Part shown: positions 1 to 9,407 of the stretch, piece after piece
How the letters are laid out: the number at the start of each line of letters is the position of its first letter
How positions within the stretch are numbered: position 1 is the stretch's first letter
Source: a virus
IMG/VR virus record: IMGVR_UViG_3300042691_047443
Coordinates: 12,490-76,489 of that record
DNA: 64,000 bases
Direction: 5' to 3' (one strand)
Notes under the pieces: model-generated
The model's input: the letters and a program-made list of their open reading frames with translations, nothing else
Told to the model about the DNA's origin: nothing
The model's database searches: none
Position numbers and translations under genes: made by a program

Positions 1-142
1 CTTCCTTGAGAAGCTCAATCTCATCATCGATTGATTCAATTTTCTTTACGAACTCTTTGACCAAAGCACGAAGAGCATTGATCTCTGTGGGTTGCATGAC
101 TGCGATATTGTACTGCTTTTCAGATTTATTCTTTTTTCCCAT
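1..142 (-). CDS. Small coiled-coil protein, GapR/DUF2312/DsbA-like DNA-binding candidate (truncated at window edge)
   Basis: Manual translation, not in ORF track: MGKKNKSEKQYNIAVMQPTEINALRALVKEFVRKIESIDDEIELLKE...; open to base 1. Confidence 0.5.
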   Translation of the reverse strand, partial: MGKKNKSEKQYNIAVMQPTEINALRALVKEFVKKIESIDDEIELLKE

Positions 143-174
143 AAGGGAAAAATAAGTCACACATCATCATATGT

Positions 175-1248
175 TCACATGGATTGAATCTTCTTGATTG
201 TCTCTTTGTACCGAGCTAAAACGTAGTTTTCGTCAGTGATTTTTGCGTTCGTCAACGACTTGATTTTTTGCAACATCTTTTTTATTGCATAATCTTTGAT
301 CATTTTTTTCATGGAAGCAAATTGCTCTTGAGACAATTTTTGATCAGGAATTTTTGCCTTTTTCCCTAACTGCTGAAGCTCTTTGCCGGTTTGAATTTTC
401 TTACCTGTCAATTTTTCTATCTGTTGCACACTTTTCAGTGAAAGTAGTTGCTGCGTCTTTTCTATGATACCTGTCGTTTCTTCATCAACTATTCTCTTCG
501 CCTCGGCGCGCATTTTTTTGACCCTTGGATTGTCATTTATTGCTTTTATCATCTCTGGCGATGACAGCACGCTGGCCAATTTTTTCGGAGACTGTTTCGT
601 GGCTGCCTGACCTTTTCCTTTTACTTTACCTTTTCCCCCACTGGGAGATTCGTCTTCAAAGAGAAAGTTATTTCCCCTGCCGTAAGAACTGGTTTGTATG
701 TTAGAACCAATTGCAGCTACCGCGCCTACCTTTGCTACTGAACTTGCTGCATCTTTGATCTTTTTCAACTTATCTGTCATGGTACCTCCCGTTACAACAT
801 CAATGGCGTCGACGGCAAGTTCCGGAGCTTTTTGTAAAAAAGCATTCGTGATCACAAGAGAGGGATTGGCAAAAAATGCCAAAGAAGCAACGTCACTATT
901 TCCTAAAATTTTAGCAGTTTCATCGTAAGCTTCTCTGAAGACCGGATCGTTCTTTATGGCTTCTATATTTTTTTCTGATTCTTTAAATATTTCGTCATAT
1001 TCTGCTGACGCAAACGGAATAAGGATTGATCCCACCGCTTCAAGTGAAATTCTGACGGCTGTTTTTACCTGCTCAAGCATTTCTTTGGATTTTCCAATCA
1101 CAGTCTTGAATAGTCTTGTAAAACCCCTAAAATACCCCTTTTCACTGATAGAAATTTCAGGTTCACTTGTGATGTCTCCGTCTGACCACTCGACTAAAAT
1201 ATCTTTGATGTATTTACGCAGGATTGCTTCATTAATGTTGTTTTTCAT
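175..1248 (-). CDS. Hypothetical protein with shared N-terminal leader (putative virion/internal protein)
   Basis: 357-aa ORF; starts MKNNINEAILRKYIKDILVE; ATATTTA 6 nt upstream of ATG. Confidence 0.6.
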   Translation of the reverse strand: MKNNINEAILRKYIKDILVEWSDGDITSEPEISISEKGYFRGFTRLFKTVIGKSKEMLEQVKTAVRISLEAVGSILIPFASAEYDEIFKESEKNIEAIKNDPVFREAYDETAKILGNSDVASLAFFANPSLVITNAFLQKAPELAVDAIDVVTGGTMTDKLKKIKDAASSVAKVGAVAAIGSNIQTSSYGRGNNFLFEDESPSGGKGKVKGKGQAATKQSPKKLASVLSSPEMIKAINDNPRVKKMRAEAKRIVDEETTGIIEKTQQLLSLKSVQQIEKLTGKKIQTGKELQQLGKKAKIPDQKLSQEQFASMKKMIKDYAIKKMLQKIKSLTNAKITDENYVLARYKETIKKIQSM

Positions 1249-1465
1249 TTTCTCTAAATATTATCGGTCTGCCGGATAATTCTGTCCAAAGAGCTGCAAC
1301 TTGAGACTCAAGTTCAATTTTTGCGATAATGTCTGATTCGCCGAACTTCTTTCTTTCTTGCGAGGGCAACGATTTTAACAACTCGCGTTTTATGATATTC
1401 CAGTCATCTACGTGACCTGCGTATGCATATACTTCTCTAATTTTATTTATAATCTTTTCATTCAT
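1232..1465 (-). CDS. Hypothetical protein
   Basis: ORF packed between neighbours; likely start MNEKII at 1465. Confidence 0.5.
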   Translation of the reverse strand: MNEKIINKIREVYAYAGHVDDWNIIKRELLKSLPSQERKKFGESDIIAKIELESQVAALWTELSGRPIIFRENEKQH

Positions 1466-1922
1466 TTGTTTGGGCCATAATGTTAAGTCGAAGAACATCC
1501 AGGGCTTTATCTATCAGAGGTTTTTGGTAACTTTGTATGGGAGGTAAGTTATCTACACGAAACCACGACGCATCTGCAACCTCAGAATCTGGATCTTTTA
1601 CGTTCGGTACGTTATTGCATACCTGCCGCGCGAGATAAGCAATCACCGTTTTTGTCTTGTTTTTCAGTTGAATCTTAACGCTTCCAAGCGGGGATTCAAT
1701 TTCTACAAGAATTCCGGTTTCTTCCTGGGTCTCTCTGATTGCGCATTCTTCGTGCGATTCACCCTTGTTGATTTTACCCTTAGGCATACCCCAGACATCG
1801 CTGTCAGAGAATTGTTTAATCAGAAGAATTTGTGCATCCTGAAAAGAACGTGACATCTTGTAGGTTATAGACCCGCAGGATGTCACGTTCTTTTCTTCGT
1901 TGTTATTCAGTTTTTTAATCAT
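1458..1922 (-). CDS. Nudix hydrolase
   Basis: Complete Nudix box GKINKGESHEECAIRETQEETGI. Confidence 0.9.
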   Translation of the reverse strand: MIKKLNNNEEKNVTSCGSITYKMSRSFQDAQILLIKQFSDSDVWGMPKGKINKGESHEECAIRETQEETGILVEIESPLGSVKIQLKNKTKTVIAYLARQVCNNVPNVKDPDSEVADASWFRVDNLPPIQSYQKPLIDKALDVLRLNIMAQTNE

Positions 1923-1968
1923 GTGCTAAATCTTAACACAATAATTACACAGTATACTGAACTCAATT

Positions 1969-2184
1969 CTAAACACTTAAATTAGCTTCTTCTTTTGAGA
2001 TTGCGTTGTTTATCGCCCCCCATAGAAACATTCTAACGTGATCGTCAGTCAAACGTTCGCTACCTAGATTAAAAGTTTCACGAATCTTATTCGTTATGAC
2101 GTTGGTCAAGTCAATCCTTAGTTCATTGCCATTTGGCAGTCTAATCACCCTAGAGTCAACGAAATTAATTGTTTGATTTTCCAT
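1969..2184 (-). CDS. Hypothetical protein
   Basis: 71-aa ORF co-oriented with operon. Confidence 0.55.
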   Translation of the reverse strand: MENQTINFVDSRVIRLPNGNELRIDLTNVITNKIRETFNLGSERLTDDHVRMFLWGAINNAISKEEANLSV

Positions 2185-2189
2185 ATTGC

Positions 2190-2723
2190 TTATTTTTTAG
2201 GTTTAATCGGAGTGGGTCCAGAAGTGTCTTCTTCCGGGGCTGAATCTTTTTTCTCGGATCTTACAATGGTGGGTTTGATGGTGATTGTTTTTCCGTTGGA
2301 TTTCCGTTTCATCCAAATGTTGGCTGGATAATCTGAGGGATCAATTACCTCTTCAGCTGGAATTTCAGCTGTAACAATCTGGGAGATTGCCTTGAGAAAT
2401 GCAAGCAACGCGACTTGCTCTGCTTCCTTCAAGGAGGAGATGTATCTCTGCATCGTTGTCTGTATTTTTTCATCCCTGAATGATCTTCCCGACCTGATCG
2501 AATTCAGTTTTTCGATTATATCGTCGACTTTCACATTTCCCTTCTTTAGAAGAAGGTCATCTTCGTCTTCATCACCCTCATCGCCACCTGACATCATGTC
2601 CTGAACTTCTTCCTCTGTTATGGCCTGCGTCTGAAGTTTTGATCGCAAGGTTTCACTGATTACAGAGTTGAAGTAATCCTTTAGACTCTTCACGTTGTTA
2701 ATGTGTTTTACGCTCATTGTCAA
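2190..2723 (-). CDS. Hypothetical protein with acidic linker (putative head-associated)
   Basis: 177-aa ORF; N-terminal LKDYFNSVISE...ITEE followed by an acidic tract. Confidence 0.55.
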   Translation of the reverse strand: MTMSVKHINNVKSLKDYFNSVISETLRSKLQTQAITEEEVQDMMSGGDEGDEDEDDLLLKKGNVKVDDIIEKLNSIRSGRSFRDEKIQTTMQRYISSLKEAEQVALLAFLKAISQIVTAEIPAEEVIDPSDYPANIWMKRKSNGKTITIKPTIVRSEKKDSAPEEDTSGPTPIKPKK

Positions 2724-2962
2724 TTTCTCCCAAATTTAATCCTGTTCAGGGGTCTTTCTTGATGTCTTCTCGCCCTTTCTCTATTGGGAGAATCAGGTGA
2801 TTGCTTACGATATAACTCCTGAATGACGATAGCATCCATGAACTTATCGAAGGCGAATGACTCTTTATTTATTTTTTTGCAAGTGCAGCCGTCACAGTCT
2901 TCATCACAACTGCAATTTTCCCTATCTTCATCACAGCACTCGCATTTATCACCGTTTTTCAT
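2720..2962 (-). CDS. Small Cys-rich protein
   Basis: Start MKNGD at 2962 after GAGG; CECC...CSC...CDGCTC cluster. Confidence 0.55.
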   Translation of the reverse strand: MKNGDKCECCDEDRENCSCDEDCDGCTCKKINKESFAFDKFMDAIVIQELYRKQSPDSPNRERARRHQERPLNRIKFGRN

Positions 2963-2985
2963 AAACACCTCTTTAATAAATATGG

Positions 2986-3369
2986 TCATTCTTTGATCAA
3001 TTGCATGCTTATGACGCAAGTTCTATGCTCAGGAGAAATGCTCTTTATTGCAAAGGCGTTTATAGAATATGTGCCTTTGTGTTTTATAACTTCATCGCCC
3101 AAAGTGAGATGAAACTCTGACACCTTAAGCGATGACCACGCCTCCGAAAGACCGAATGCATCTTCGTATATGACCTTAACGTCAAGATCAATTTCATTTC
3201 TACGAAAATTACACGAGACAAGAGAACTGTTTAATGGTTCAATATTTTCACCAACAAGCAGAAACACGTCCACAAGAATGAAATTACTTTCATAATCTTC
3301 CATCTCTGTCTCAGAGAGCTGATTCTTGATCGCGTCGCTGATCAACATCTTCGCTTCATCTTGCAACAT
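2986..3369 (-). CDS. Hypothetical protein
   Basis: Likely start MLQDEA at 3369, just after the upstream stop. Confidence 0.55.
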   Translation of the reverse strand: MLQDEAKMLISDAIKNQLSETEMEDYESNFILVDVFLLVGENIEPLNSSLVSCNFRRNEIDLDVKVIYEDAFGLSEAWSSLKVSEFHLTLGDEVIKHKGTYSINAFAIKSISPEHRTCVISMQLIKE

Positions 3370-3373
3370 AAAT

Positions 3374-3766
3374 TTACTCAGTCTTTTTTTTGCTGGAGTA
3401 TGAATAATAAACAATGTCTTTGAAAACTTCATCTGCGTACTTTGCGTACTCCAGATCAAGTTCGGTTATTGTCTCAATATTTTTTGTGAAAAGCTCTAGT
3501 TGTAGTGTTTCTTCTTTTACAACCATGTCAGCATTATGTTGCATTTGCTCCTCGTAGTCCAAGAGAAGCTTGATCATCAGGCTTCTGTCGCCTGACCTAC
3601 GAAATCTAAACGTTTTTACAAGACGTTTTGGGTCATTTTTTTTGACCCACTTATCCATGGGAATGACAGGTAACTCAATGTTTTTAGGTTCGACAGGCAG
3701 TCTTCCAAATGACATCGGTCTCTTCGAAGATTGAATGTAATTTTCATGTATGGTTTTTAACTTCAT
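3374..3766 (-). CDS. Pterin-4a-carbinolamine dehydratase-like (PCD/PhhB fold) protein
   Basis: W...RLVKTFRF...QHNADM...FTKNIETITELDLEYAKYADE matches the PCD pattern; catalytic His set is degenerate. Confidence 0.7.
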   Translation of the reverse strand: MKLKTIHENYIQSSKRPMSFGRLPVEPKNIELPVIPMDKWVKKNDPKRLVKTFRFRRSGDRSLMIKLLLDYEEQMQHNADMVVKEETLQLELFTKNIETITELDLEYAKYADEVFKDIVYYSYSSKKKTE

Positions 3767-4518
3767 GGTATGACCATTCCACCGACAACGGCCGCCTCAG
3801 TGAAGGAAGAGCCGTTTGTCCATATTTTTCTATTTCTATCAATGACGCAGGACCCACCCTTGAATTTCAGGTCCCTCTCTTTTCCCACTCGATTAGAGAC
3901 GATGACATTCGCTCCAGTCTGTTCTGATAGTTCCACCCAAGAAGAATCAGGATAACCATATGTCGAACCCCAGTTAGTCAACAAGGCTATTGTATCAACC
4001 GACCCAGGATAATAAAATTTCTGACCCGGCTTATAGAACTTATATGATTCCCTGTATCTGTTCGCAGAATCTCTACAAATGAGAACACCTAACCTGCCCG
4101 TCGGCGTATTCACAACTGGGTGTAATTCGTCAGATGGTTGTGCCCACATATTATCGCTTCCCCAAAGATTGTGTTTTTGACAATTACCCTCCAATCCATA
4201 CGGGCCAACAATGGCCGCAGAATTGTAAAGCTTATCTTCAGATAGTTCAGGATAGCCGAATATGATGTGACAACCAAACTTTCTCGCAATGGGCACAAAA
4301 GATTGCGTCTGATAACCGTTCTTAGGTTGAGAACAATCAGACGCCTCGCGTAAATTTCTTAACACGAACCCAGACGTACATAACTCAGGTAAAACAACCA
4401 CGCGAGCACCCTTTGCAGCGGCCTCAAACGCCATCTGCTGTGCAATGGCAATGTTGCTTCTTACGTCGTGTAATTTTGGCTCAAATTGAACCGCTGCGAC
4501 AATGATGGGTGCCTGCAT
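3763..4518 (-). CDS. Carbon-nitrogen hydrolase (nitrilase superfamily)
   Basis: AAVQ start; catalytic triad LPEL (E), QKHNL (K), LICRD (C); SNRVG...GGS. Confidence 0.9.
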   Translation of the reverse strand: MQAPIIVAAVQFEPKLHDVRSNIAIAQQMAFEAAAKGARVVVLPELCTSGFVLRNLREASDCSQPKNGYQTQSFVPIARKFGCHIIFGYPELSEDKLYNSAAIVGPYGLEGNCQKHNLWGSDNMWAQPSDELHPVVNTPTGRLGVLICRDSANRYRESYKFYKPGQKFYYPGSVDTIALLTNWGSTYGYPDSSWVELSEQTGANVIVSNRVGKERDLKFKGGSCVIDRNRKIWTNGSSFTEAAVVGGMVIP

Positions 4519-4523
4519 GTGTT

Positions 4524-5600
4524 TTACTCTCTTGCGTTATCAATCTTTCTCAGGACATCTTTGAGACCGCTTGCTACTTCCTTTCCACTTGCGCCTTTGT
4601 GCTTCTTTTGAAGTTCTGAAAAGACTTTCTTGTATTCCTTACTGTCGGAGAAGGTTCTCAAGGAATCAAGCATGTCGTAATTGTCACGCAAAAAGTCAAG
4701 CAAAAACACACAGATAAAGCTTGGCAGCGTGACAACGGCTTCAGGATGCTGTCTAAATGCTTCAACGTCATCTTCTGAGATCATGTCAGAGGGATCTTCG
4801 TAGTTTTCCGGATCTGTTAACCATCTGTCCACGAACAAGTTGATTGCATCCCTTACCTGCGGATCAGCGGCGAGCTTCGGAACATCGTCAGAATTGACCA
4901 AAGATTCGCCGGTATCCTTAAGAGGGTCTGCGCTCCATTGCTTCAAGGCATCTTTTTCAAGCCTGTTCAGGAATTCAATCCCTGCCTTGCGAAATTGTGC
5001 CATACCTGACGCGGGTATAGAATACATCCAGAGGTTGTCAGAGAACTTTTTACGTCCCTCTCTGTCGTCCCTCCAAACTCCTGAGGTTGACTTGCCCAAC
5101 GCCTTTGCAATGTCACTCAGTGCCATCTCAGACTCATCGCCAGCGGAGATATACTCCTTCTTCTCTGCACCATCTTCTTTCTTTGGGCGACCCGGTCTGC
5201 GGGCGGGGGTTGGTAGTGCTTCAAATAGCGATCTATTTTCGCGGATCATTTTACGAATTCTTGATCTTACAAGAGACTCAACCTTTGTGTCTTTTCTGTT
5301 CATTTTCTTATCACCTTTTTTGTCATTTAAGTGCTGAATTACGCCCATCATTTTTTGATAAACGTCAGGAATTTTTTCCTGTGGGATTTCATCTTTCATC
5401 GAGCTTAACGCAATCGTAAGTTCTTCAAAACTGTCAGGCTTATAGTTTGGATTTCCTGGGTTTGTGAGAATCGCGGATGGGTCTACCACGTTATTTACTT
5501 TCACTGGTTCTTTTGACGAATTAGGCGACCTTGAATGCAAGACCTCTTTGATAAGATCCCTTATTGCACCTTCGCTTACGATGACATTTTGTTGCATCAC
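4524..5600 (-). CDS. Putative DNA-binding protein (AT-hook + HTH) with leader-like segments
   Basis: RRPGRPKK AT-hook; MALSDIAKALGKSTSGVWR HTH-like; AIRDLIKE and LVRSRIRKMIRE segments. Confidence 0.55.
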   Translation of the reverse strand: MMQQNVIVSEGAIRDLIKEVLHSRSPNSSKEPVKVNNVVDPSAILTNPGNPNYKPDSFEELTIALSSMKDEIPQEKIPDVYQKMMGVIQHLNDKKGDKKMNRKDTKVESLVRSRIRKMIRENRSLFEALPTPARRPGRPKKEDGAEKKEYISAGDESEMALSDIAKALGKSTSGVWRDDREGRKKFSDNLWMYSIPASGMAQFRKAGIEFLNRLEKDALKQWSADPLKDTGESLVNSDDVPKLAADPQVRDAINLFVDRWLTDPENYEDPSDMISEDDVEAFRQHPEAVVTLPSFICVFLLDFLRDNYDMLDSLRTFSDSKEYKKVFSELQKKHKGASGKEVASGLKDVLRKIDNARE

Positions 5601-5911
5601 TCCTCCACATCATCAGTCTTTTGGTCAATCTTTACAGGTAACTTTGCATCAGTCCATTTTCTACCGAAATAAAGTGTAAGAATGGGAACTAAATACGCTC
5701 CCACGGCACCTGCATCAAATTCCCTAAATTCAACGTTGCCAATTTTTTCAAACCAAGATGCAACGTAGGCAAAAGTTGTCACCCAAAATGAAACAAGCAT
5801 CAGTGTCACGGTCACAGATCCATGCCCTCGAGAGTCTCTAAGCATATACCAGGGTTTTTTATCGCCCTTTTGAGTCTTTTCTTTTTGAGGCCGTGTGCTT
5901 GACATAAACAT
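5597..5911 (-). CDS. Two-TM membrane protein (holin-like)
   Basis: Two hydrophobic helices, YFGRKW then a charged C-tail. Confidence 0.5.
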   Translation of the reverse strand: MFMSSTRPQKEKTQKGDKKPWYMLRDSRGHGSVTVTLMLVSFWVTTFAYVASWFEKIGNVEFREFDAGAVGAYLVPILTLYFGRKWTDAKLPVKIDQKTDDVEE

Positions 5912-5950
5912 CCTCTTACGCTAATTCTAGCCTTAAATAGGAAGAAAAAA

Positions 5951-6458
5951 TTAATTTGATGCTTGAATGGCAAACATTGTTAAAAGCGTAATACCGATTC
6001 CACCAAAAAAACCAAGAGATGCCCACAAGGTGACGTTTGGTCGATTTTCTATTTCTTTTTGCAGTTGGGATCCTAGATCTAGTACTTGTTTTTCACTTGA
6101 CGCCAACCTAGAAGATATAATCGTTTTTTCTGTCTCGTGTTCAATTTTTTGATTAGTAAGCTCACGATCGAGGTTGGCTGAGTGTTCTTTTATTAACCTG
6201 TCTTTCTCTATGGTGACTGCTTCTTCGTAAGAAGATATTTCGGCAATAATCTCAGCGATTGCGCGGGGAGACAATAAGAGACCACTGAACGGCGCTTTCT
6301 GTGTTTTAATCAAAGGGCTAATCACCGCCCCAAGATCTGATTCAGATGAAGGAGACGAGATCGTGGGCAATTTTATTGCCAACTGAGGTTGATCTGCATG
6401 TACGTTTGTTGTATTTAACAAAAACGCCACAATGATCAATGATGAGAGAAATTTCATA
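5951..6458 (-). CDS. Signal-peptide, coiled-coil, C-terminally anchored protein (spanin-like candidate)
   Basis: Start MKFLSSLIIVAFLLNTTNVHA at 6458; coiled coil; C-terminal TM WASLGFFGGIGITLLTMFAI. Confidence 0.5.
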
Positions 6459-6845
6459 TCACCCCTCGGGCATAATAATATCGAATCCGGTAACTTTTGA
6501 GAGTTGTATAGCGAGTTCGGCTGGATCATTTCCGTGATGAGACACAATTGTTTCTATCTGTTTTTTCTTTTTTTCTGTCAACTCTTTTTTAGCAGATTCA
6601 TATTGTAGTTGAATACTTGCGATGATTTCTTGGTATTTTGCCTCGTTCAATTCGCGTAGTCTTCTTTCCTTTTCTAAAGATTCAGATATTTTTTTTATCT
6701 GCTGGTCGTGATCTAGCTGTATTGACCTTAGCTTTGTGGTAAAGTCCGCGTCACGACGTCTAAAGAAAACGACAGAAAGCAAAACACCTAAAATTAATAT
6801 GATGATTTGCCAATTCTTTTTTAATGTCAAGAATATCTTTTTCAC
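6459..6845 (-). CDS. N-terminal TM + coiled-coil protein (i-spanin-like candidate)
   Basis: WQIIILILGVLLSVVFF TM followed by a long charged coiled coil. Confidence 0.5.
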   Translation of the reverse strand: MKKIFLTLKKNWQIIILILGVLLSVVFFRRRDADFTTKLRSIQLDHDQQIKKISESLEKERRLRELNEAKYQEIIASIQLQYESAKKELTEKKKKQIETIVSHHGNDPAELAIQLSKVTGFDIIMPEG

Positions 6846-7082
6846 TTAATTCAACTTTAGTTCGTCAAAAACAAATTCTATATCTTCGTGAGGTTCACTT
6901 AATCTCTTCAACAACTCTTTTTGAAAAAGAAGAAGATCAGTCAATGCACTATGGTGTGCATGAACAATGAGGCTAAGTTGATCAACTGAATCCGACAGAT
7001 TAACAATCTTTTTCTTCGTCTCAGCGTATTCATCTGAGATCTTGAGTGATTTTTCAAAATATTTGTGTAATATGGACATCAA
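6846..7082 (-). CDS. Hypothetical coiled-coil protein
   Basis: 78-aa ORF in tight operon. Confidence 0.5.
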   Translation of the reverse strand: MMSILHKYFEKSLKISDEYAETKKKIVNLSDSVDQLSLIVHAHHSALTDLLLFQKELLKRLSEPHEDIEFVFDELKLN

Positions 7083-7381
7083 TCCTCTTTGTCAGAATTA
7101 ATCATTGTATACAGAGATTCAGAGTCAATTTCATTAAATGAACCCCGATTATTAGATCTCTTGGGACGACCCTCCAACGCATCCTGCAATTTTCTCTTTA
7201 CGATACTTTCGATTATATTTTTACCAAACCTTGTGTCTTCAACGATCTGCTTTGCACATTCATCAAATATTTCTTGCATAGAAATATTGTGTTTGAATAG
7301 CCTTGTTCTAAGCTCAAAGTGAGTGTTTTTTTCAAGACTAACGTGGATGCTTTTTCTTCCCTGAAAAAGATCATGCCCCAT
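7079..7381 (-). CDS. Ribbon-helix-helix-like DNA-binding protein
   Basis: RKSIHVSLEKNTHFELR...ISMQEIFDE beta-alpha-alpha pattern. Confidence 0.55.
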   Translation of the reverse strand: MGHDLFQGRKSIHVSLEKNTHFELRTRLFKHNISMQEIFDECAKQIVEDTRFGKNIIESIVKRKLQDALEGRPKRSNNRGSFNEIDSESLYTMINSDKED

Positions 7382-7944
7382 CAGGCCCCTCCTCCTCCGC
7401 TTGAGCCCGCCCTATCTGCAAACGGTGCCTGAAATTCATCAGATGATGTATTAGGCGATCCATCGACAGACAAATCGAACTGATCTTCCATGATGTCCTT
7501 AAACTTTTCAACAACGTCAAGTTCGTAGTTTTTATTGATAAAGTTTGTGGCACGACGTAATATTGTCGTCCTGATCTCAAGCAAAGAATCGTAATTGTCT
7601 ATTAGGCGAGAAATGCTGTTTGCAAAATTATTTAAATCTATGTCTTCAATCTTAAGCTTCTCGGCTTTTGTCTCTTCTGCGTCACTGCCACTGCCTGAGT
7701 CTTCGTCGCCCTCTTCTTCATCACCCTCAGCCTCAAGGAGGCGTCGAAGGAGTCTTCTCCAGTCCTTGGACTCGTTTTTTGACATCTTAGACTCTGATTC
7801 GTAATCTGATAGAAATCGATCGATCTGTATATCGATTGAATCATTGCCTCTTTCTTGAGGGGTCTCTTCCGCCTCATTCAAAATTTTTTTTCTTGACTCA
7901 GATACGAGTCTTTTCCATCCTATCTTAGGGCTATAACGCATCAT
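7381..7944 (-). CDS. Acidic hypothetical protein (scaffold/core-like candidate)
   Basis: Repeated ILNE|A and LLE|A sites, each followed by an acidic tract. Confidence 0.5.
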   Translation of the reverse strand: MMRYSPKIGWKRLVSESRKKILNEAEETPQERGNDSIDIQIDRFLSDYESESKMSKNESKDWRRLLRRLLEAEGDEEEGDEDSGSGSDAEETKAEKLKIEDIDLNNFANSISRLIDNYDSLLEIRTTILRRATNFINKNYELDVVEKFKDIMEDQFDLSVDGSPNTSSDEFQAPFADRAGSSGGGGA

Positions 7945-8666
7945 GATTTCACCGCCTGAGCGATCAACTCTGCGCGCTCCACCCGTTCCTCAATGACGCT
8001 CCATTTGAATTCTTTCATTTGAGAAACAAGATAGCTTTTCTTGTCAGAGAGGTAATCTCTTGTATAGCTGTGCTCCCACATGTCAACGACGATTACTGGA
8101 AATACGCCCAACATCACGTCTCCACTGTGATGGCTTACGATCATGTTCACAAACCTACGCAAGAACATGTGGTATCCACAGACTGCCCAGCCGTTTCCGG
8201 CAGACATTGCTGTCGCCATGAAGTCCTTTTGCCACGTATCAAAAGTTCCAAAGTCCCTCTGTAGTCGCAGATAGGCCTTGGAATCCATGACAATTTCGCT
8301 GTGTGGATCAAAACAATTTGCAAAATAAAGTTCGTGAAGCCAGACTGCATTGAGGTTATACGACTCATCTAGTTTCAGTGAACGAAATTCAGAGTGACGT
8401 GGATTTGCCTCTGATCGATCTGCGGTATCCAACTTCGAAGAAACGTCGTTCAGCGACTGAATGTAATTCTTGTAGAGGCCTTGGTGCATGTCTTTCGTTT
8501 TTTGAGAGACTAGTTCAGAAACCTGCTTGAATTGCTTCGGTTCTGCAACATATGCTTCATCCAAGGTGCTTCTGTTTTGTGTAACAGATTCTTTGACTGT
8601 TTTCTTCAAAAGCATGTCTAGGTCCGTACTGTCTATGATTGAACGTCCTGAATTAATCGACCTCAT
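7941..8666 (-). CDS. sod: Fe/Mn superoxide dismutase with N-terminal extension
   Basis: HQGLY, LHELYF, FGTFDTW, GWAV and DMWEHSY metal-ligand motifs. Confidence 0.88.
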   Translation of the reverse strand: MRSINSGRSIIDSTDLDMLLKKTVKESVTQNRSTLDEAYVAEPKQFKQVSELVSQKTKDMHQGLYKNYIQSLNDVSSKLDTADRSEANPRHSEFRSLKLDESYNLNAVWLHELYFANCFDPHSEIVMDSKAYLRLQRDFGTFDTWQKDFMATAMSAGNGWAVCGYHMFLRRFVNMIVSHHSGDVMLGVFPVIVVDMWEHSYTRDYLSDKKSYLVSQMKEFKWSVIEERVERAELIAQAVKS

Positions 8667-8961
8667 AATTTTTCTCCAACTTTTTGGCGGTTACTAGAAA
8701 ATCTTTTCCTTCCGGCGTTCTTAAGACACAATCTTCGTTGTTGACGGATATTACAGTATAGCGTATCTGAGACTTTTTGTGACGAACTTTCAATCCCGGT
8801 GACAGGACAGGGATTTCCTCCTTTGGGACTTTTCCCTTCGAAGGAATCTTCACCGCATAATCTATGCCTACTTCTTCCGCAAGGTTTTTCAGTTTTGCTT
8901 CCCATTCCTCACGAATCATTCTGATGATATCGGCTTCTGAAAGTTTCTTTATTTCCTGCAT
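8653..8961 (-). CDS. Small protein with leader and SH3-like C-terminal domain
   Basis: KLSEADIIRMIREEW; GLKVRHKKS..YTVISV. Confidence 0.55.
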   Translation of the reverse strand: MQEIKKLSEADIIRMIREEWEAKLKNLAEEVGIDYAVKIPSKGKVPKEEIPVLSPGLKVRHKKSQIRYTVISVNNEDCVLRTPEGKDFLVTAKKLEKNYEVD

Positions 8962-8969
8962 ATGACTAA

Positions 8970-9407
8970 TTACCCCGATTTGTCCATTTTGATCGCGTCT
9001 TGATAACTGAGCACCTCAATTCCGGCAGATCTCATCATTTCAAGACCTGAAGTGTCCCTGTATTCGTGCAGGTATATGACTCTAGAGATTTCAGCGTTTA
9101 TTATAAGTTTTGAGCATGCCCGACAGGGGCTATGCGTAACATACATATGTTTCTTTTTAGAAAAGTTGTAATCACACTTAATTAATGCATTAACTTCTGC
9201 GTGAATAAACCCGCTTTGGCCTGGTTCTTGTGATTCGTGACAATTAGGGCCGCCCTTGTAGTTACCATTGTAACCCATCGACAACATCTGAGTGTTGTCT
9301 TCTGCTACGACAATGGCACCAACTTTTAACCGTGGATCGTAAGATCTTCCAGAGATAACGTTTGCAACGTCCATCCACGTTTCTGACCAATATTTTCTTT
9401 GATTCAT
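8970..9407 (-). CDS. dCMP deaminase
   Basis: KVGA, GYNG, HAEVNA and PCRAC zinc motifs. Confidence 0.93.
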   Translation of the reverse strand: MNQRKYWSETWMDVANVISGRSYDPRLKVGAIVVAEDNTQMLSMGYNGNYKGGPNCHESQEPGQSGFIHAEVNALIKCDYNFSKKKHMYVTHSPCRACSKLIINAEISRVIYLHEYRDTSGLEMMRSAGIEVLSYQDAIKMDKSG

